In this document: piece by piece, positions 18,470 to 30,019 of the stretch
How positions within the stretch are numbered: position 1 is the first letter of the stretch
Layout: each line of letters begins with the position of its first letter
Assembly: GCA_964464035.1 (NCBI GenBank)
Contig: CAYXEN010000005.1
Coordinates: 2,625-66,624 of the forward strand
Length of the DNA stretch: 64,000 bases
Direction of reading: 5' to 3'
DNA from: an uncultured bacterium
Lineage (GTDB): Bacteria > Krumholzibacteriota > Krumholzibacteriia > WVZY01
Made by a program: the position numbers and the translations under genes
The notes under the pieces: model-generated
Told to the model about the DNA's origin: nothing
The model's input: the letters and a program-made list of their open reading frames with translations, nothing else
Databases searched by the model: none

Positions 18470-20421
18470 TTACGGAACCAATTGCAGATAGAAACGAAAT
18501 ACCTTTTCTTGTGTCCATCTTCCGAAACGCGAAGTCGGATAATCGTTCAGCAATCTCCTCTCGGAGATCGGCTCGTTGGGATCCGGAGGACAGAGGAAGC
18601 TCTTCAAGTTCGCTCTGCGCAGAAACACGTATTGGATGAAATTCTCGCCGATGCCCGTGTCTCGGCCCTTCACCCGCATCTCATAAAGAATCGCATAGTT
18701 CTGGGTGCCGTTGTCGACCCCTATCCAAGAGGGCGGATTCGCGAAGATCGCATCGCCGTTGGGATCCAGGATGCCGTGATAGAAGGTCGCCTTGAACTGA
18801 TCGTCCAGTTGGTTTACCGCTGGCCCTTCCACCCAGCTGTTGGCACGGGCGAATTGCTTGTCCGGCCCGGGAGGATCCAGCCTCGTGAAAGAATATCTCC
18901 AGGTCTTTACGCCGGATCCGTCCAATTCCTTGGGGTGGTCATGACCGAAGGCCCTGATGTTGAACGTGAAAACCGTTTCGTAGTGGATGCCGAACTGGGA
19001 AGTGTCGTCCGGTACGGGATTGTGAGTGACGTCGGACCAACGCCACTTGATGGTATCACCGTCGGCGATCTTCTTGCCGAGATGATCCTCCAAGTAGAGC
19101 GAATCCAAGGTCGGATCGTAGTTTCCAACGATATGAACGAGGGCCGTCTTCTGCTGCCCTCCTACCATCGCGAACTCAGGCAATCCATCCTTGCGCCCGT
19201 TCTCATCCACGCTTCTCACCTCTATTTCGTACTCGACCGTCCCTATGTTCATACTGGTCGAATCGACGACTCCGCAGGGGTTGGTATCCTGGGGACCCTC
19301 GCTGGGCAGCAGGTGTGAATCGTCGTTTATCTCGTGGAACCTGGAAGACGTGGCGTGATAACGAACGAGGTACCTTATGCACTTGTTCACATCGTCGTCG
19401 CAGAGAACCTTGTCCCTAGGGTTGTCCCACCCGCGGTAGTAAAGGGTTATCCAACTCCGGTAGGGAACGGTATCGGGGATTGCATCCGAGAAATTGATCT
19501 GCGCCGTGTCCGTCACCCCACCAACCTTGTAGATGTTGAGAATGCTGTATATCTCGGTGTCGGGATCGAAATTCACCACAATCTGGCAGACACCTTTCGT
19601 GAAGCCGGCCGCATCCACCTCCGATTCCGCATTCGCTTCGTCCTTACACTGTGCCGCGAATCTGAATATCCCGCTGGGGATGACGACTTCAGGGTCACTA
19701 TTGAGGAAGAAACGGTAGTTATCCGTCAAATCCTCCGTCCAGACGTTGGCTCCGGCTAAGTTGACGTTCGTCAAGGGAAACCACTTGTACGCCATGAGAC
19801 GTCCATTGGTTGTGGAACCTTTGTAAATGATGGCGAAAGGCTTGTACATGCCTGCGGTATCGAGTTGTGCAGGATTGTAAGCGACGGTATCCAGAGCCAC
19901 GTAGTTACCCTGCCCGTCGGTCGTCCAATCCGTAATCGTGAAAACTGTATCTTGGGCAGCTTGTCGATCGTGGCGACGAATTCGATCGCCGCCGGAGTGG
20001 GATCTATCACTCCGTTGTCGTCGATCGCCGCAATATGAAACGCCTGGCGGTTCTTTTTCAGCCCTATTCCCCCCACGTTCTTGTAGGCGGTGAACGAAAA
20101 GACGGAATCGGTGCGAGTCGTGAGCCTGCCCCGCATGTAGTCCTCTATCCGGTCCGCGGGATTCCACCTCTTCTCCTCCTGAGCCTCTATAGTGTCGGTG
20201 ATCGTCCAGATGTACTTCATCACCGCCCCGTCCTTGTCCAGCCCCCGCCAGTAAATGTGCACGAGGTACTCGTAGTCCGTGGAATCGGGAGGCGCATACC
20301 ACAGCTCTGTTTCCGGAGCCTGGTTCCTGTCGATCAAAGAGGGTTGGTTTCTGCGACACGATGCGATAGCTATGATAAGACACAGCACACCAAGCAACAA
20401 AAAGCCCTTAGAGGATCTCAT
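18470..20421 (-). CDS. Large lipoprotein paralog, interrupted by a 1-nt frameshift (about 19941..19944)
   Basis: ATG at 20421 preceded by TAAGGAGAG. Lipobox LIIAIASC. The N-terminal 216-aa ORF (19771..20421) and the 637-aa ORF (18470..20383) join perfectly if a T4 run is read as T5 (…IDKLPKIQF/FTITDWTTDGQG…). It shares the YLVHIYWRGLDKDGAVMKYIWTITD domain with its neighbour. Confidence 0.5.
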
Positions 20422-20551
20422 TCTCCAAACTCTCCTTAATTAACGTGGGGCATTAAAAGAGGACTGGCTTCGAAGTGCTTAAAATATAAAAGAATTCAAC
20501 TTGGGGTGTCAACGAAAATCTGCCGTGGGCTCCCGCCGCCCGCCCCAAAGC

Positions 20552-20581
20552 AAAGGGGCCGGCGCAAAGGCCGACCCCTTT
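20552..20581 (-). terminator. Possible terminator hairpin downstream of the 1004-aa CTD protein gene
   Basis: AAAGGGGTCGGC-CTTTGC-GCCGGCCCCTTT hairpin (11/12 bp) 23 nt after the stop at 20604. The T-tail is weak (GCTTTGGGG). Confidence 0.3.
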
Positions 20582-20603
20582 GTCAAGCAATGGCTTCCGA
20601 GAA

Positions 20604-23600
20604 TTACTTCAGGAGAACCATCTTCCTGGTCTTCGAGAAGTTCTTCGTAACCAGCTTGTAGAAGTACACACCGCTCGCTACCGGACGGCCGTTGTTGTCA
20701 AGGCCGTTCCATCTAACGGTGTACTTGTCTGGCTTCAACTCGTTGTTCTTCAACGTCTTGACCAGCTGGCCGGCAACGTTGTAGACCTTCAGACTCACGT
20801 GAGCCCTCTCCTTGATGGAGAACTTGATCGTGGTCGTCGGGTTGAACGGGTTGGGATAGTTCTGATCCAGGCTGTTCACAAGAACGTTCGTCCTCGTGCC
20901 GGTAGGATCAGCTATCGGGTTCTCGAACCACCTGATGATGTCGATCAGGTGCTCGGTCCTGTCGTTCGGGAACTGCACCACATCGTCACGGATGTAGTGG
21001 AAGCTGAAGCCTTCCAGGATCACCCTGGCCGTCATGTTCTGCGGCGTCGGGGTCTCCTGCGAGATCACCGCGGCGTGCAGACCGTCATTCTGGCCGGAGT
21101 AGAACATCTCCTGGCGCGCCGTGCCTGTCGGCTCGAGCACGTCGAAGTCGTTGATCAACGGACATCCGCCGAAGGCAACCAGCTTGTCGGGCGTTCCGCT
21201 GTGGTAGAAGATACCCGCAGGGTCACCTTCAACCAGCGGAGCTATCGCAGCACCCGCCGCGACGTGGTTGCCGTTCGTCAGGTTGTAGTTGATGTAATTG
21301 AACAACGCGATGAACGGAGCGCTGCCCAAGGTCTTCATTTCTTCCGCTATGTCGTCACCGGTTATGTAGAGACCGGGGTTCCACAGGGAAGAATTATCCA
21401 AGAAGGATTTCAGCAATTGAGCCGAAGGCGACTTCTCGGGGTTGCCGCTGCCGTCGCCGATCGTGCCCGTTCCCAGATCTCCGGAGTTCCAGATGATCTT
21501 GTGGTAGACATCCGTTATCTGGCCCGCGCCTGCACGAGCACCGAGGCCGTTCGCCACGAGCGAAGACGGTCCCCTTACGTCGTAGCGGTCGGGCGTGATG
21601 CCCATCAGCTGGAACGCCGTGTCGAAGTACGGCTGAGCGCCACGGCCGCTGAAGTCGTCCACATAGAGGATGTCGCTGTTGCCCGTAGGCAAGCACTGGA
21701 CTTCCATGGGAGCGGCTTCGGCCTCGGACTGGATGCTCGTCGTACCGCTGCCCTGGCTCCAGTAAGTCGTGTTGCCGCTGGCGTCGGTCGCCGAGAAGTA
21801 GAAGTCGACCCTGTCCGGAGGTGCGAACAAGTTGTCGTTCAGATCGAAGCAGAACTTGTCCGGAGTAGGGTTGGTCATCGCTTGATCCTGGTATACCGTG
21901 TCGCACTGGAACTGGTAGAAGCCGCCGGCAGTAGGACCACCGATGAGCGGGAACCGCGTAGGATCGTCGCTCAACGCCTGACCCGTCTGCCCGCCGGTCG
22001 AACGCACGTAGATGTATACGTCCGCTCTTCCACCGTTTCCACCCGTTCCGAGACCGACGTTGGGCTCGGACACGGTAACGACGCAGCTGTCACCAGGATA
22101 GATGCTCGGCGAGCTCGCCGGCATACGGTCGATCGCCATGTCCATCCTGACGGTTCCGGTCGTCGTACCATCAGTCGGGAAGTTGTCCTGGAAGAGGTCG
22201 ATATCACGCACCGACCACACCGGCCCGATGTTGTTCACGCGGAAGAACCGCACTCTGTCGAACAACGGCGAATGGCTGTGGCATGCGCCGGTTCCGTAAT
22301 AACCGCACCAGTAGAGACACATGTCTGCAACGCCGAGAGCCAATTGGATCTGGCTGGCTCCGGCGCTGATGAGGTCGCCGACACTCTGGAAGATGTGCAG
22401 CCAGTCAGGACCCGGGCCGTAGTACACGAAGTTCCTGTCCTTCCACGTCTGCGGGCACCCGCCTACGATGGAGCGGACGTGCCAGACATAGAAGACCAGG
22501 TTGTCGAGAGGCAGGTTCCTGTAAGCGTAGAACTCGAAAACCGCCGTCGAAGCCGTCGCAGGAACCGGGTTACCGTAAATATCCTGAGTGAAATCGATAT
22601 ACGGCGACCAGATCTCGTTATTTATGTACTGCCCGGCGGCATTGTGATAAGGGACGACCTTCTGCTCCGGGTGACTCCCACCAAAGGCGGGGTCACAGTC
22701 ATACACCCAGAGAGGATTGTTGTGGTTGAAGAATCCCCACAAGCAGGTGAGATCCTGCGTACACACATCCTGCTGAAGGACCGACACACCGGGGAAGAGA
22801 CCCGCGAAATCCCCGAAGCCGCTGCCGGCATAAGCTGCCCACACGCCATCGCTGGTAGCGGTGGCGCCGACGGCCTCACCTTCGAAGTTCTCGCTGTTGA
22901 CGACGCCGACGGTGTCGGAAACGCTTATGTCATCAACTATGAAGGCACCCTGGGTATCCCAGAGACCGTCCTCATCCGACCAAGCACCATCCGACTGGAA
23001 GTGGAAACGGATGTCTATGGTGCTGTTGGGAATCGTTCCCGAGGCAATCGCGGAACTGGCGGCAAGAAGCGTTCCCGCTCCCGTCAGGGTATAGAGGTTC
23101 ACCCAACCGCCGGATGTGTCCGCGTAGTCGACGTAGGTATAGTCATACCCGGGCTCGGAATCGTAAAAGGCGCTGAACGTGAAGGTCACGTCTCCAGCGA
23201 CGGCGATACCGTTGCCCGTGGTCTCGAAATACTGGTTCCAGCCGTTTCCGTATCCCGGAAGCGCCAGGTACCCGCACCAAGGAGCGGCCGTGTCGGCTCT
23301 GTGACCGCACCACATCGATTGCGCGCCGCTCACTGGACGATATGTGTCGACGTGGAACATAGTGCCGGGCTGTGCCGTCAGGTCGACAGAGGTCCAACCT
23401 TCGGCATTGCACTGGCCGCTAACGTCGAACGTATATTCCGCCAGAACATAAGTATCCGCCTGAGCCGACGAAAAAAGCCCATCGAGTGGGCGGTCGGTCA
23501 GGTTGTTGTAAACCTGGATACTCTTCTGAGCGTTGTTCTTTGCCACCGGCCGCGCCATCACCAGCGATGACAGTGCGAACAGAAGGCAAAAAGAAACAAT

Positions 23601-23616
23601 TAATGCTTTTTTCATC
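20604..23616 (-). CDS. Very large (1004 aa) secreted protein with T9SS C-terminal sorting domain
   Basis: ORF 20604..23666. Start MKKALIVSFCLLFALSSLVMA at 23616 after GGGGGGAATACG. Cys-rich N-terminal region, a GATase1/ThuA-like segment (ILYVDDFSGRG…IIWNSGD…LYITGDD). C-terminus …RPVASGVYFYKLVTKNFSKTRKMVLLK. Confidence 0.6.
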
Positions 23617-23973
23617 GTATTCCCCCCATCGTTGCTGAGAAGGAAAAGTGAATACGCGAAAACCAAATTTAGTAGTCTTCAACGAAGACCATGACAAAGA
23701 GGCAAAGATAAACGCAGTCTGAAACGACCTTTTTTCACCTCCTTCAAAAACTCGTTTCAGGGTTGACGTTCATGTAAACCGTTGAGTGAACAAACAGTCG
23801 AGTAAAAGATAGCTCCAACGGTGGTCGGCTTGGTTCGCACACCTGCGTGTGCTTCCAACAAGCAAGTGGAATTGCTTTTCACAACCCTTTGCCCCTAGTC
23901 TGGCTAAAGCATACCATAAAAACGGGGAAAATGTCAAGAGGCGATATCCGGAATCACTCGTAATTACAAGTAG

Positions 23974-26151
23974 CTATGAGGAAGCTTGGTCGGAATCTAC
24001 TATATAAGAAAAATCGGCATATCTGGAAAACAGGGCGAAAAGAACAGCCAAGAAACCATGCCTGTTCATGCTCACTTCCTTGTCTTTGCAATTTACCAGA
24101 ACCTTGTCGAAATACCTGTCTATGGCCGGGGCCAGCCGGGAGAAAGTTTTGAGTATTCCCGGGAAATCACCTGCTTTTTCAAGGGCTTCTATCTCTGAAA
24201 ACATCTCTTTGACTTCGTGATTCAATTCCCTTTCCTCGGCTTCCTGAAAGAGACTCTCCCTGAAGCCGACGCCCACCCCGAGGGTCTCCCGCTCGAACAG
24301 GGCGCCTCTTATCTTTTCCAGCTCCGATCCGAAGATCTTGCGCTCGCTTGAAAGGATGTTTCCCACCCTCTTCACGCCGGCTATCAGCCTCTTGAAATCC
24401 TTCTTCTTCCTGATGCGCTGGAAGCTTCGGCATCGCTCCGCAGCGAGGCGCGGATCGAGCCAGGCCAGCGGGAGAACCGCGTCTACTATATCGTAGTCGT
24501 AGCCGGCATCCAGGAGATAGCCTTCGAGTCTTCCCTTGAAGAAATCCTCCAATCTGCCCAGGCTTTCATCGTAGTCGGCATTATCCGGCAGGCCTGCCTC
24601 GCGGTATATCGCCACCGCTTCATTCATCAGCTCATCCAGTCTGGCGATCCTCGAACGATCGATCATCCTTATCACCGCCAGCGCTTGCCTTCTCAAGGCA
24701 TAAGGATCCTGCGATCCGCTGGGAAGCAACCCCGCAAGGAAACAGCCGCATATATTGTCCATCTTGTCGGCCAGGCTTAGAGCCATCCCGGCCCGGGACG
24801 ATGGAAGCGGGTCGGCCGAGCTTCGGGGCAGATGGTGTTCCCTTATCGCCCGGACTATGCCCGCAGCCTTGCCGGCGGCCCGGGCGTAATAGCTCCCGAT
24901 GACACCCTCGAGTAGAGTGAATTCCTTGCCGTCACGGACCATCTCGCTCGCCAGATCGGCCTTGGCGAGCAAGGCGAGCTCGTGCATTTCAGCCTCGCTC
25001 AATCCCGTCCCCCCCCTGCGATCGAAGAAGCACAACAGCTTCTCGAGTCGCTCGGCTTTCTCGCGCAACGTCCCGAGGCCTTCCATGAACACGATTCCAT
25101 CGAGCCTGTCGGCCAAGGCATGGATGCCTCGCTTGAGATCCTCTTTCCAATAGAAGAGGGCATCTTGGAGCCTCGCCCGCAGCACTTTCTCGTTACCGGC
25201 CTTTATTCCGCGGCTGCTCCTCTTCTTGCCGTCGTAGAAGGCGAGAAACCGCGGCATCAATTCGCCGTTCCCGGAACGTCTGAGGGCGAAATACCTCTGG
25301 TGGGTCTTCATCGCCGTTATGACGACCTCGGGGGGAAGCGAAAGATAATCCGGGGGGAACTCCCCCACGAAGACACCCGGTTCCTCCAGCATGAAATTGA
25401 TTTCGTCGAGGAGATCTTCGTCTTCCACCAGTTCACACCCCGCCTTGCGCGCGGCGCGAAGCGCCATTACGAGCAGGCGTTCCCTTCTCTCCCGGTGATC
25501 GACGATAATACCCCTCTTCTTCATGGTCGAGAGATACGACTCGGCGTTCCTTATCACTATTTTTTCCCGGCTGAGCCATGGGCTGCGGAAAGACACGTTG
25601 GAACCGCCGACTCCCGCGAACTTGAACCTCACTACGGTGTCGCCGTAGAGACAAACGATCCAGCGAACGGGGCGGGCGAACCTCGCCTTCCCGCTTTGCC
25701 ATCGCATCGACTTGGGAAACCTCAATCCACCGACGAGGGCGGGCAGGTTTTCGCGCAAGAGGGCTACGGCTTTTCGCCGGCTGAGCCTCCTCTCGAACCC
25801 CACGTACTCGCCCCGATCGGTCTCGATCCTGCGAAGGTCCTTCACGGACACCCCCTTCGATTTCGCAAAACCGATCGCCGCTTTCGTGGGTCTGCCCTTT
25901 TCATCGAAGGCTTTCGAAACCGGGGGGCCGGTCACAGCTTCTACTCTCGCCTCCTGCACGCCGGCCAGTCCCTCGACGAAGAGAACCAGCCTGCGAGGCG
26001 TGCCGGTGGTGGTGACGGATTCGAAGCCCAGCCTCAGTTCGTTCATCATGCTCTCCGCGTCGGCTTTGAGCTGTTCGAGGGCGGGGGCTACATAGGAAGC
26101 AGGCAGGTTTTCGCACCCAATCTCGAGCAATAGATCGCGCAACTCATCCAC
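23974..26151 (-). CDS. glyS: Glycine--tRNA ligase beta subunit
   Basis: 725 aa. [28 protein letters not shown]… is a typical GlyS start. It overlaps glyQ by 8 nt. Confidence 0.9.
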   Translation of the reverse strand: MDELRDLLLEIGCENLPASYVAPALEQLKADAESMMNELRLGFESVTTTGTPRRLVLFVEGLAGVQEARVEAVTGPPVSKAFDEKGRPTKAAIGFAKSKGVSVKDLRRIETDRGEYVGFERRLSRRKAVALLRENLPALVGGLRFPKSMRWQSGKARFARPVRWIVCLYGDTVVRFKFAGVGGSNVSFRSPWLSREKIVIRNAESYLSTMKKRGIIVDHRERRERLLVMALRAARKAGCELVEDEDLLDEINFMLEEPGVFVGEFPPDYLSLPPEVVITAMKTHQRYFALRRSGNGELMPRFLAFYDGKKRSSRGIKAGNEKVLRARLQDALFYWKEDLKRGIHALADRLDGIVFMEGLGTLREKAERLEKLLCFFDRRGGTGLSEAEMHELALLAKADLASEMVRDGKEFTLLEGVIGSYYARAAGKAAGIVRAIREHHLPRSSADPLPSSRAGMALSLADKMDNICGCFLAGLLPSGSQDPYALRRQALAVIRMIDRSRIARLDELMNEAVAIYREAGLPDNADYDESLGRLEDFFKGRLEGYLLDAGYDYDIVDAVLPLAWLDPRLAAERCRSFQRIRKKKDFKRLIAGVKRVGNILSSERKIFGSELEKIRGALFERETLGVGVGFRESLFQEAEERELNHEVKEMFSEIEALEKAGDFPGILKTFSRLAPAIDRYFDKVLVNCKDKEVSMNRHGFLAVLFALFSRYADFSYIVDSDQASS

Positions 26152-27037
26152 CCCCCCTCAGCAAGGGATAGCCCGCTTCGCGCCTTTTCTCGAGGTAGAG
26201 CCCCGCGACGCGCCTGGCCAACGCCCTGATCCTCCCGATGTAACTCGTCCTCTCCGCGACGCTCACAGCACCTCGTGCGTCGAGCACGTTGAATATGTGC
26301 GACAACTTCACGACGTAGTCGTAGGCGGGGAGCACGAGGGATGCTTCCGCGAGCGAGGCGCATTCCTTCTCCAGTTTCTCGAAGAGGTCGAAGTAGACGG
26401 CCGTGTTGGCCTTTTCGAAATGAAAGACGGAGAACTCCTCCTCCGCCATGCGGTTCATTTCCCCCCAGGTGATCCCGTTCCCCCACTCGAGGTCCATGAC
26501 CGAATCCTTTTCCTGGATGTACATGCATATGCGAAGAAGACCGTAGGTGATCTCGGCGGAGACGGGATCCAGTTCGAAAGAACCCGCCTGTTGGAAATAA
26601 GTGAACTGGGTTATCTCCATCCCGTCGAGCCACACTTCCCACCCCAGGCCCGACGCTCCGAGGGTCGGGGCTTCCCAGTCGTCCTCGACGAGTCTGATGT
26701 CGTGCACTCCCGGATCGATGCCCAGGGCCTTGAGGCTGTCCACGTAGATCGACAGGACGTCGTCGGGAGGAGGTTTGAGTATCACTTGGAACTGGAGAAA
26801 CTGCTGCACGCGATTGGGATTCTCCCCGTAGCGGCCGTCCTTGGGGCGCTTCGACGGTTCGACGTAGGCGACGCGCCAGGGTTCGGGGCCGAGGACCCTT
26901 AGAAAGGTGGCCGGGTTGAGCGTTCCCGCCCCGACCTCGGAGTTGTACGGTTGGACGATGAGACACCCGCGCCTCATCCAGAAGCTCTGGAGCTTGAAGA
27001 TTATGTCCTGATAAGAAAGATGCTTCTTCCCCGGCAT
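26144..27037 (-). CDS. glyQ: Glycine--tRNA ligase alpha subunit
   Basis: 297 aa. …[71 protein letters not shown] is a highly conserved GlyQ core. Confidence 0.95.
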   Translation of the reverse strand: MPGKKHLSYQDIIFKLQSFWMRRGCLIVQPYNSEVGAGTLNPATFLRVLGPEPWRVAYVEPSKRPKDGRYGENPNRVQQFLQFQVILKPPPDDVLSIYVDSLKALGIDPGVHDIRLVEDDWEAPTLGASGLGWEVWLDGMEITQFTYFQQAGSFELDPVSAEITYGLLRICMYIQEKDSVMDLEWGNGITWGEMNRMAEEEFSVFHFEKANTAVYFDLFEKLEKECASLAEASLVLPAYDYVVKLSHIFNVLDARGAVSVAERTSYIGRIRALARRVAGLYLEKRREAGYPLLRGGG

Positions 27038-27094
27038 CTTGGACGTGCCTTTCTTTTCCAGCCGCCCTGCGTCGGCACCTCCGCCGCCCGGGCG

Positions 27095-27832
27095 TCAAGA
27101 TTGTTTCAATAACTTGAATGAATCGGGGAGTCGATAGCCTTGAACGTGATAAATATATGTCCAGTGAAGTATCTGTCCAAAACTTTTTCTGAGCGACTCC
27201 TCGATGCGCATTGCACTGAGTTCCCGAAACGGGCGGACGGCGACCGTCTCGATGAGAGAAAGACAGTCCGCCTCGAGCGGCATCGCTTCGGCGCCGCGGG
27301 TCTCGTCCCCGGCGCAGAAGCTCACACCACCACGCGGATCATATACGCCGCTTTCCAGTTTTTCACCGCAAACGGAGCAGTGGCCGAACTCGGGAAGCGA
27401 ACCGATCACTCCGAGCAGTTTCATCTGCAGGACGAGGAAAAAGAAGAGCGGATCCTGCGGCCGCTGCACGGCGAGGAACGAGACTATCGTCTCGAAAACC
27501 CCTTCGTCCCTGTGCCCGAAGTACGTCACCTGGTCGACCAGCTCGATGGCGGCCAACCGCGAGGCCATCCCGGGAAGCGAATCCTCCACCGACGCGCCGG
27601 CGATCCTTATCTCGGCCTCCTTCAGGTAGAAGAGATCTCTTCCTTCCTTATAGTAATAGACCGCCTGGAGAACGGTCCCCGGCTCGAGCGCCGCCCGGTA
27701 AGGGCTCTTGTCCTTCATCGCGGCCTTCGCAATGAGCTTTATCTTGCCGCTCTCCTCCCCCAGGAACGTGGCGATCCTGCTGCTGCCGCTCCTCGAACTC
27801 CTGATGACTACACCTTCTTCTTTCTTCAGCAT
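27095..27832 (-). CDS. recO: DNA repair protein RecO
   Basis: 245 aa. N-terminal OB-fold region and Zn-finger CSVCGEK…FCAGDE. Conserved position upstream of glyQS. Confidence 0.8.
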   Translation of the reverse strand: MLKKEEGVVIRSSRSGSSRIATFLGEESGKIKLIAKAAMKDKSPYRAALEPGTVLQAVYYYKEGRDLFYLKEAEIRIAGASVEDSLPGMASRLAAIELVDQVTYFGHRDEGVFETIVSFLAVQRPQDPLFFFLVLQMKLLGVIGSLPEFGHCSVCGEKLESGVYDPRGGVSFCAGDETRGAEAMPLEADCLSLIETVAVRPFRELSAMRIEESLRKSFGQILHWTYIYHVQGYRLPDSFKLLKQS

Positions 27833-27902
27833 GGGACCCGTCGAGTTCTATCCTGTGGATTCCGTCTGCCCCGTCCCGTGCGGCGGCTCCCCCCCGATGA
27901 AC

Positions 27903-29264
27903 TCACTTCCCACCCATGATCGACAGATAGTGCGTCGCCAGCGCAAGGTAGATGGCCAGCCCCACTATATCGTTCGAAACGGATATGAAAGGCCCCGTCG
28001 CGATGGCGGGATCTATCTTCAGCCTGTTGAGTAGCAGGGGGACCGAGGCGCCCATGAAGGCCGCCACCATTACGACGCTCACCAGGGAGACCCACATGAG
28101 CATGCCCAGGCCGGCCTCGTGTCGCCATATGTTTACGAAGGTGAAGAGAATCGCACCGAGGATGAAACCGTTTATCAGAGCCACCTGGAGCTCCTTGAAA
28201 ATCCTCCGCCAGGTTCGGCCTATGGCGATCTCCTTCAAGGCGAGCTCGCGGACCACGACGACGGCCGCCTGGCTGCCCGTGTTGCCGGCCGTTCCGATGA
28301 GCAGAGGTATGAAGAAGACCAGCGTCACCGCCGTATTGAGTGAGACTTCGTACCTGCTGATCAGGACCGCGTTGATCAGCTCTCCCAGCATTCCCCCTAT
28401 CAACCAGGGCAACCTGGACCGGGATATCTTCACGGGCGATCTCTCGCCGATTTCGTTCTCGTCCGTTCCGGCCAGCTTCGCTATGTCCTCGGAAGCCTCC
28501 TCCTCTATGACGTCGATTATGTCGTCGACCGTTATCCTTCCCTTGAGGACGCCTTGTTCGTCGACGACCGGAAGCGTGAACTCGTCGTAGCGGGCGAATA
28601 TCCCGGCCACTTCCTCCTGGTCCATTCCCACGGGCACGCTGATCACGTTCTTCTCCATCACGTCGGCGATCTTCTCCGAGGGTTCGTGGATCAAGAGGTC
28701 GAGCACGTTGATGGCTCCCTTGAGCACGCCTCTCCCGTCCACGACGAAAACCTTCTGGATGTTCTCGATCTCTTCCGCCCTTTCCCGCACCAGCCGGATC
28801 GCATCCCTGATCGAAGCGTCCTCGCGTACGGCGAGCTTTTCCACCTCCATGATGCCGCCCGCCGTGTCTTCCTCGAACTCGAGCAGTTCGGATATCCTCA
28901 CCCTCTCCTGCGAGGAGAGGAGGGATTCTATCTGCTCGGACTTCTCCGGAGGAAGCTGGGAGATGATGTCGGCGGCGTCGTCCGAAGGCATCTCCTCGAT
29001 CAGGTTGACCACTTCCTTGTCCGTCAACAATTCGAGAAGCGCCTGCCCCGATTTCTCGTCGACCTCGCTGAGGACTTCGGCCGCCCTCTCGTTCCCCAGG
29101 GCTTTCAACACGATCACCTTCTCACCGTCATCGACTATTTCCAAGATGTCGGCGACGTCGACTGCATGCATGGGCTGGAGGAGGGCCTGCAATCCATCGA
29201 GATCGCCCGCATCGACGAGGGCTTTCACTGTCGAGACGATTTCTTCGTCAATTCGATCCGTCAT
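27903..29264 (-). CDS. mgtE: Magnesium transporter MgtE
   Basis: 453 aa. MgtE N-domain, tandem CBS domains, C-terminal 5-TM MgtE domain (…AGNTGSQAAVVVVRELAL…). Confidence 0.9.
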   Translation of the reverse strand: MTDRIDEEIVSTVKALVDAGDLDGLQALLQPMHAVDVADILEIVDDGEKVIVLKALGNERAAEVLSEVDEKSGQALLELLTDKEVVNLIEEMPSDDAADIISQLPPEKSEQIESLLSSQERVRISELLEFEEDTAGGIMEVEKLAVREDASIRDAIRLVRERAEEIENIQKVFVVDGRGVLKGAINVLDLLIHEPSEKIADVMEKNVISVPVGMDQEEVAGIFARYDEFTLPVVDEQGVLKGRITVDDIIDVIEEEASEDIAKLAGTDENEIGERSPVKISRSRLPWLIGGMLGELINAVLISRYEVSLNTAVTLVFFIPLLIGTAGNTGSQAAVVVVRELALKEIAIGRTWRRIFKELQVALINGFILGAILFTFVNIWRHEAGLGMLMWVSLVSVVMVAAFMGASVPLLLNRLKIDPAIATGPFISVSNDIVGLAIYLALATHYLSIMGGK

Positions 29265-29356
29265 GGCACTTCCCGATCGTGGAGGGATCCAAGAGTCGAT
29301 TCACAAGAAGCATCGCAATCGTAGGAAACTAAGTGAGCCTTGGCAAGCTCGATTTG

Positions 29357-29971
29357 TCATTCGGATCGCGGGATCACGGATGCGGGAGCGGAGGGAGATA
29401 CGGTTCCACCCGAGATGACCATCTTCAGACCTTCTTCTACGCTCATCTCCAGCGGAATGACGTCCTTCTTCGGAACCATGAGGAGGTAGCCCGAGGTGGG
29501 ATTGGGTGAAGTGGGCAGGAAGACGTTTATCAGCTCTTCCCCCGTCGCTTGGTTCAACGCCGTGGGCCCGGTCCAGGTGAGGAACCCTATGGCATAAGAA
29601 CCCTGATGGGGGAACCGTATGAGGACGACCTGCTTGAAAGCCGTTCGCCGGTCGGAGAGAAGAACCTGGCTTATCTCTTTCACTGTGGAATAGATACCCC
29701 TGATGAGCGGAATGTGATTGAGGGACCTCTCCCCGAAGCCGATGATCTTGCGACCGACCAGGTTGCCGGCGAGGAATCCCACCAGGAACACGAAGACGAC
29801 GACGCCGAGTATCCCCACTCCCGGAAAATCCAGGACCGGATACCTGGCCTTGAGCGGATCGATGAGGTTGTCCATCGAAGCGAACACCTTGAAAAGTATG
29901 TATCCCGTTATCACGATCGGGATGAGGATCAGCAAGCCGGTTATGAACTGTCTCCTGAAGAATCTGAACAA
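29357..29971 (-). CDS. DUF502 family membrane protein
   Basis: Two N-terminal TM helices. Conserved …VVLIRFPHQGSYAIGFLT…NVFLPTSPNPTSGYLLMVPKKDVIPLEMSVEEGLKMVISGG. Confidence 0.7.
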   Translation of the reverse strand: MFRFFRRQFITGLLILIPIVITGYILFKVFASMDNLIDPLKARYPVLDFPGVGILGVVVFVFLVGFLAGNLVGRKIIGFGERSLNHIPLIRGIYSTVKEISQVLLSDRRTAFKQVVLIRFPHQGSYAIGFLTWTGPTALNQATGEELINVFLPTSPNPTSGYLLMVPKKDVIPLEMSVEEGLKMVISGGTVSPSAPASVIPRSE

Positions 29972-30019
29972 GCCTCGCCTCCGTTTCTTTCACCCGGGCT
30001 CAGTCGCTTTCGACGGCCG

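Noticed and set aside
20580-23570. 996-aa plus-strand ORF
   Set aside because: Antisense shadow of the 1004-aa CTD protein gene. Arg/Val-rich junk.
23736-23745. Strong SD-like GAAGGAGGTG on the minus strand in the glyS / CTD-gene intergenic region
   Set aside because: No start codon with an open frame of useful length follows within 5-12 nt (the nearest ATG opens a 7-codon frame). Likely fortuitous, or the remnant of a lost small gene.
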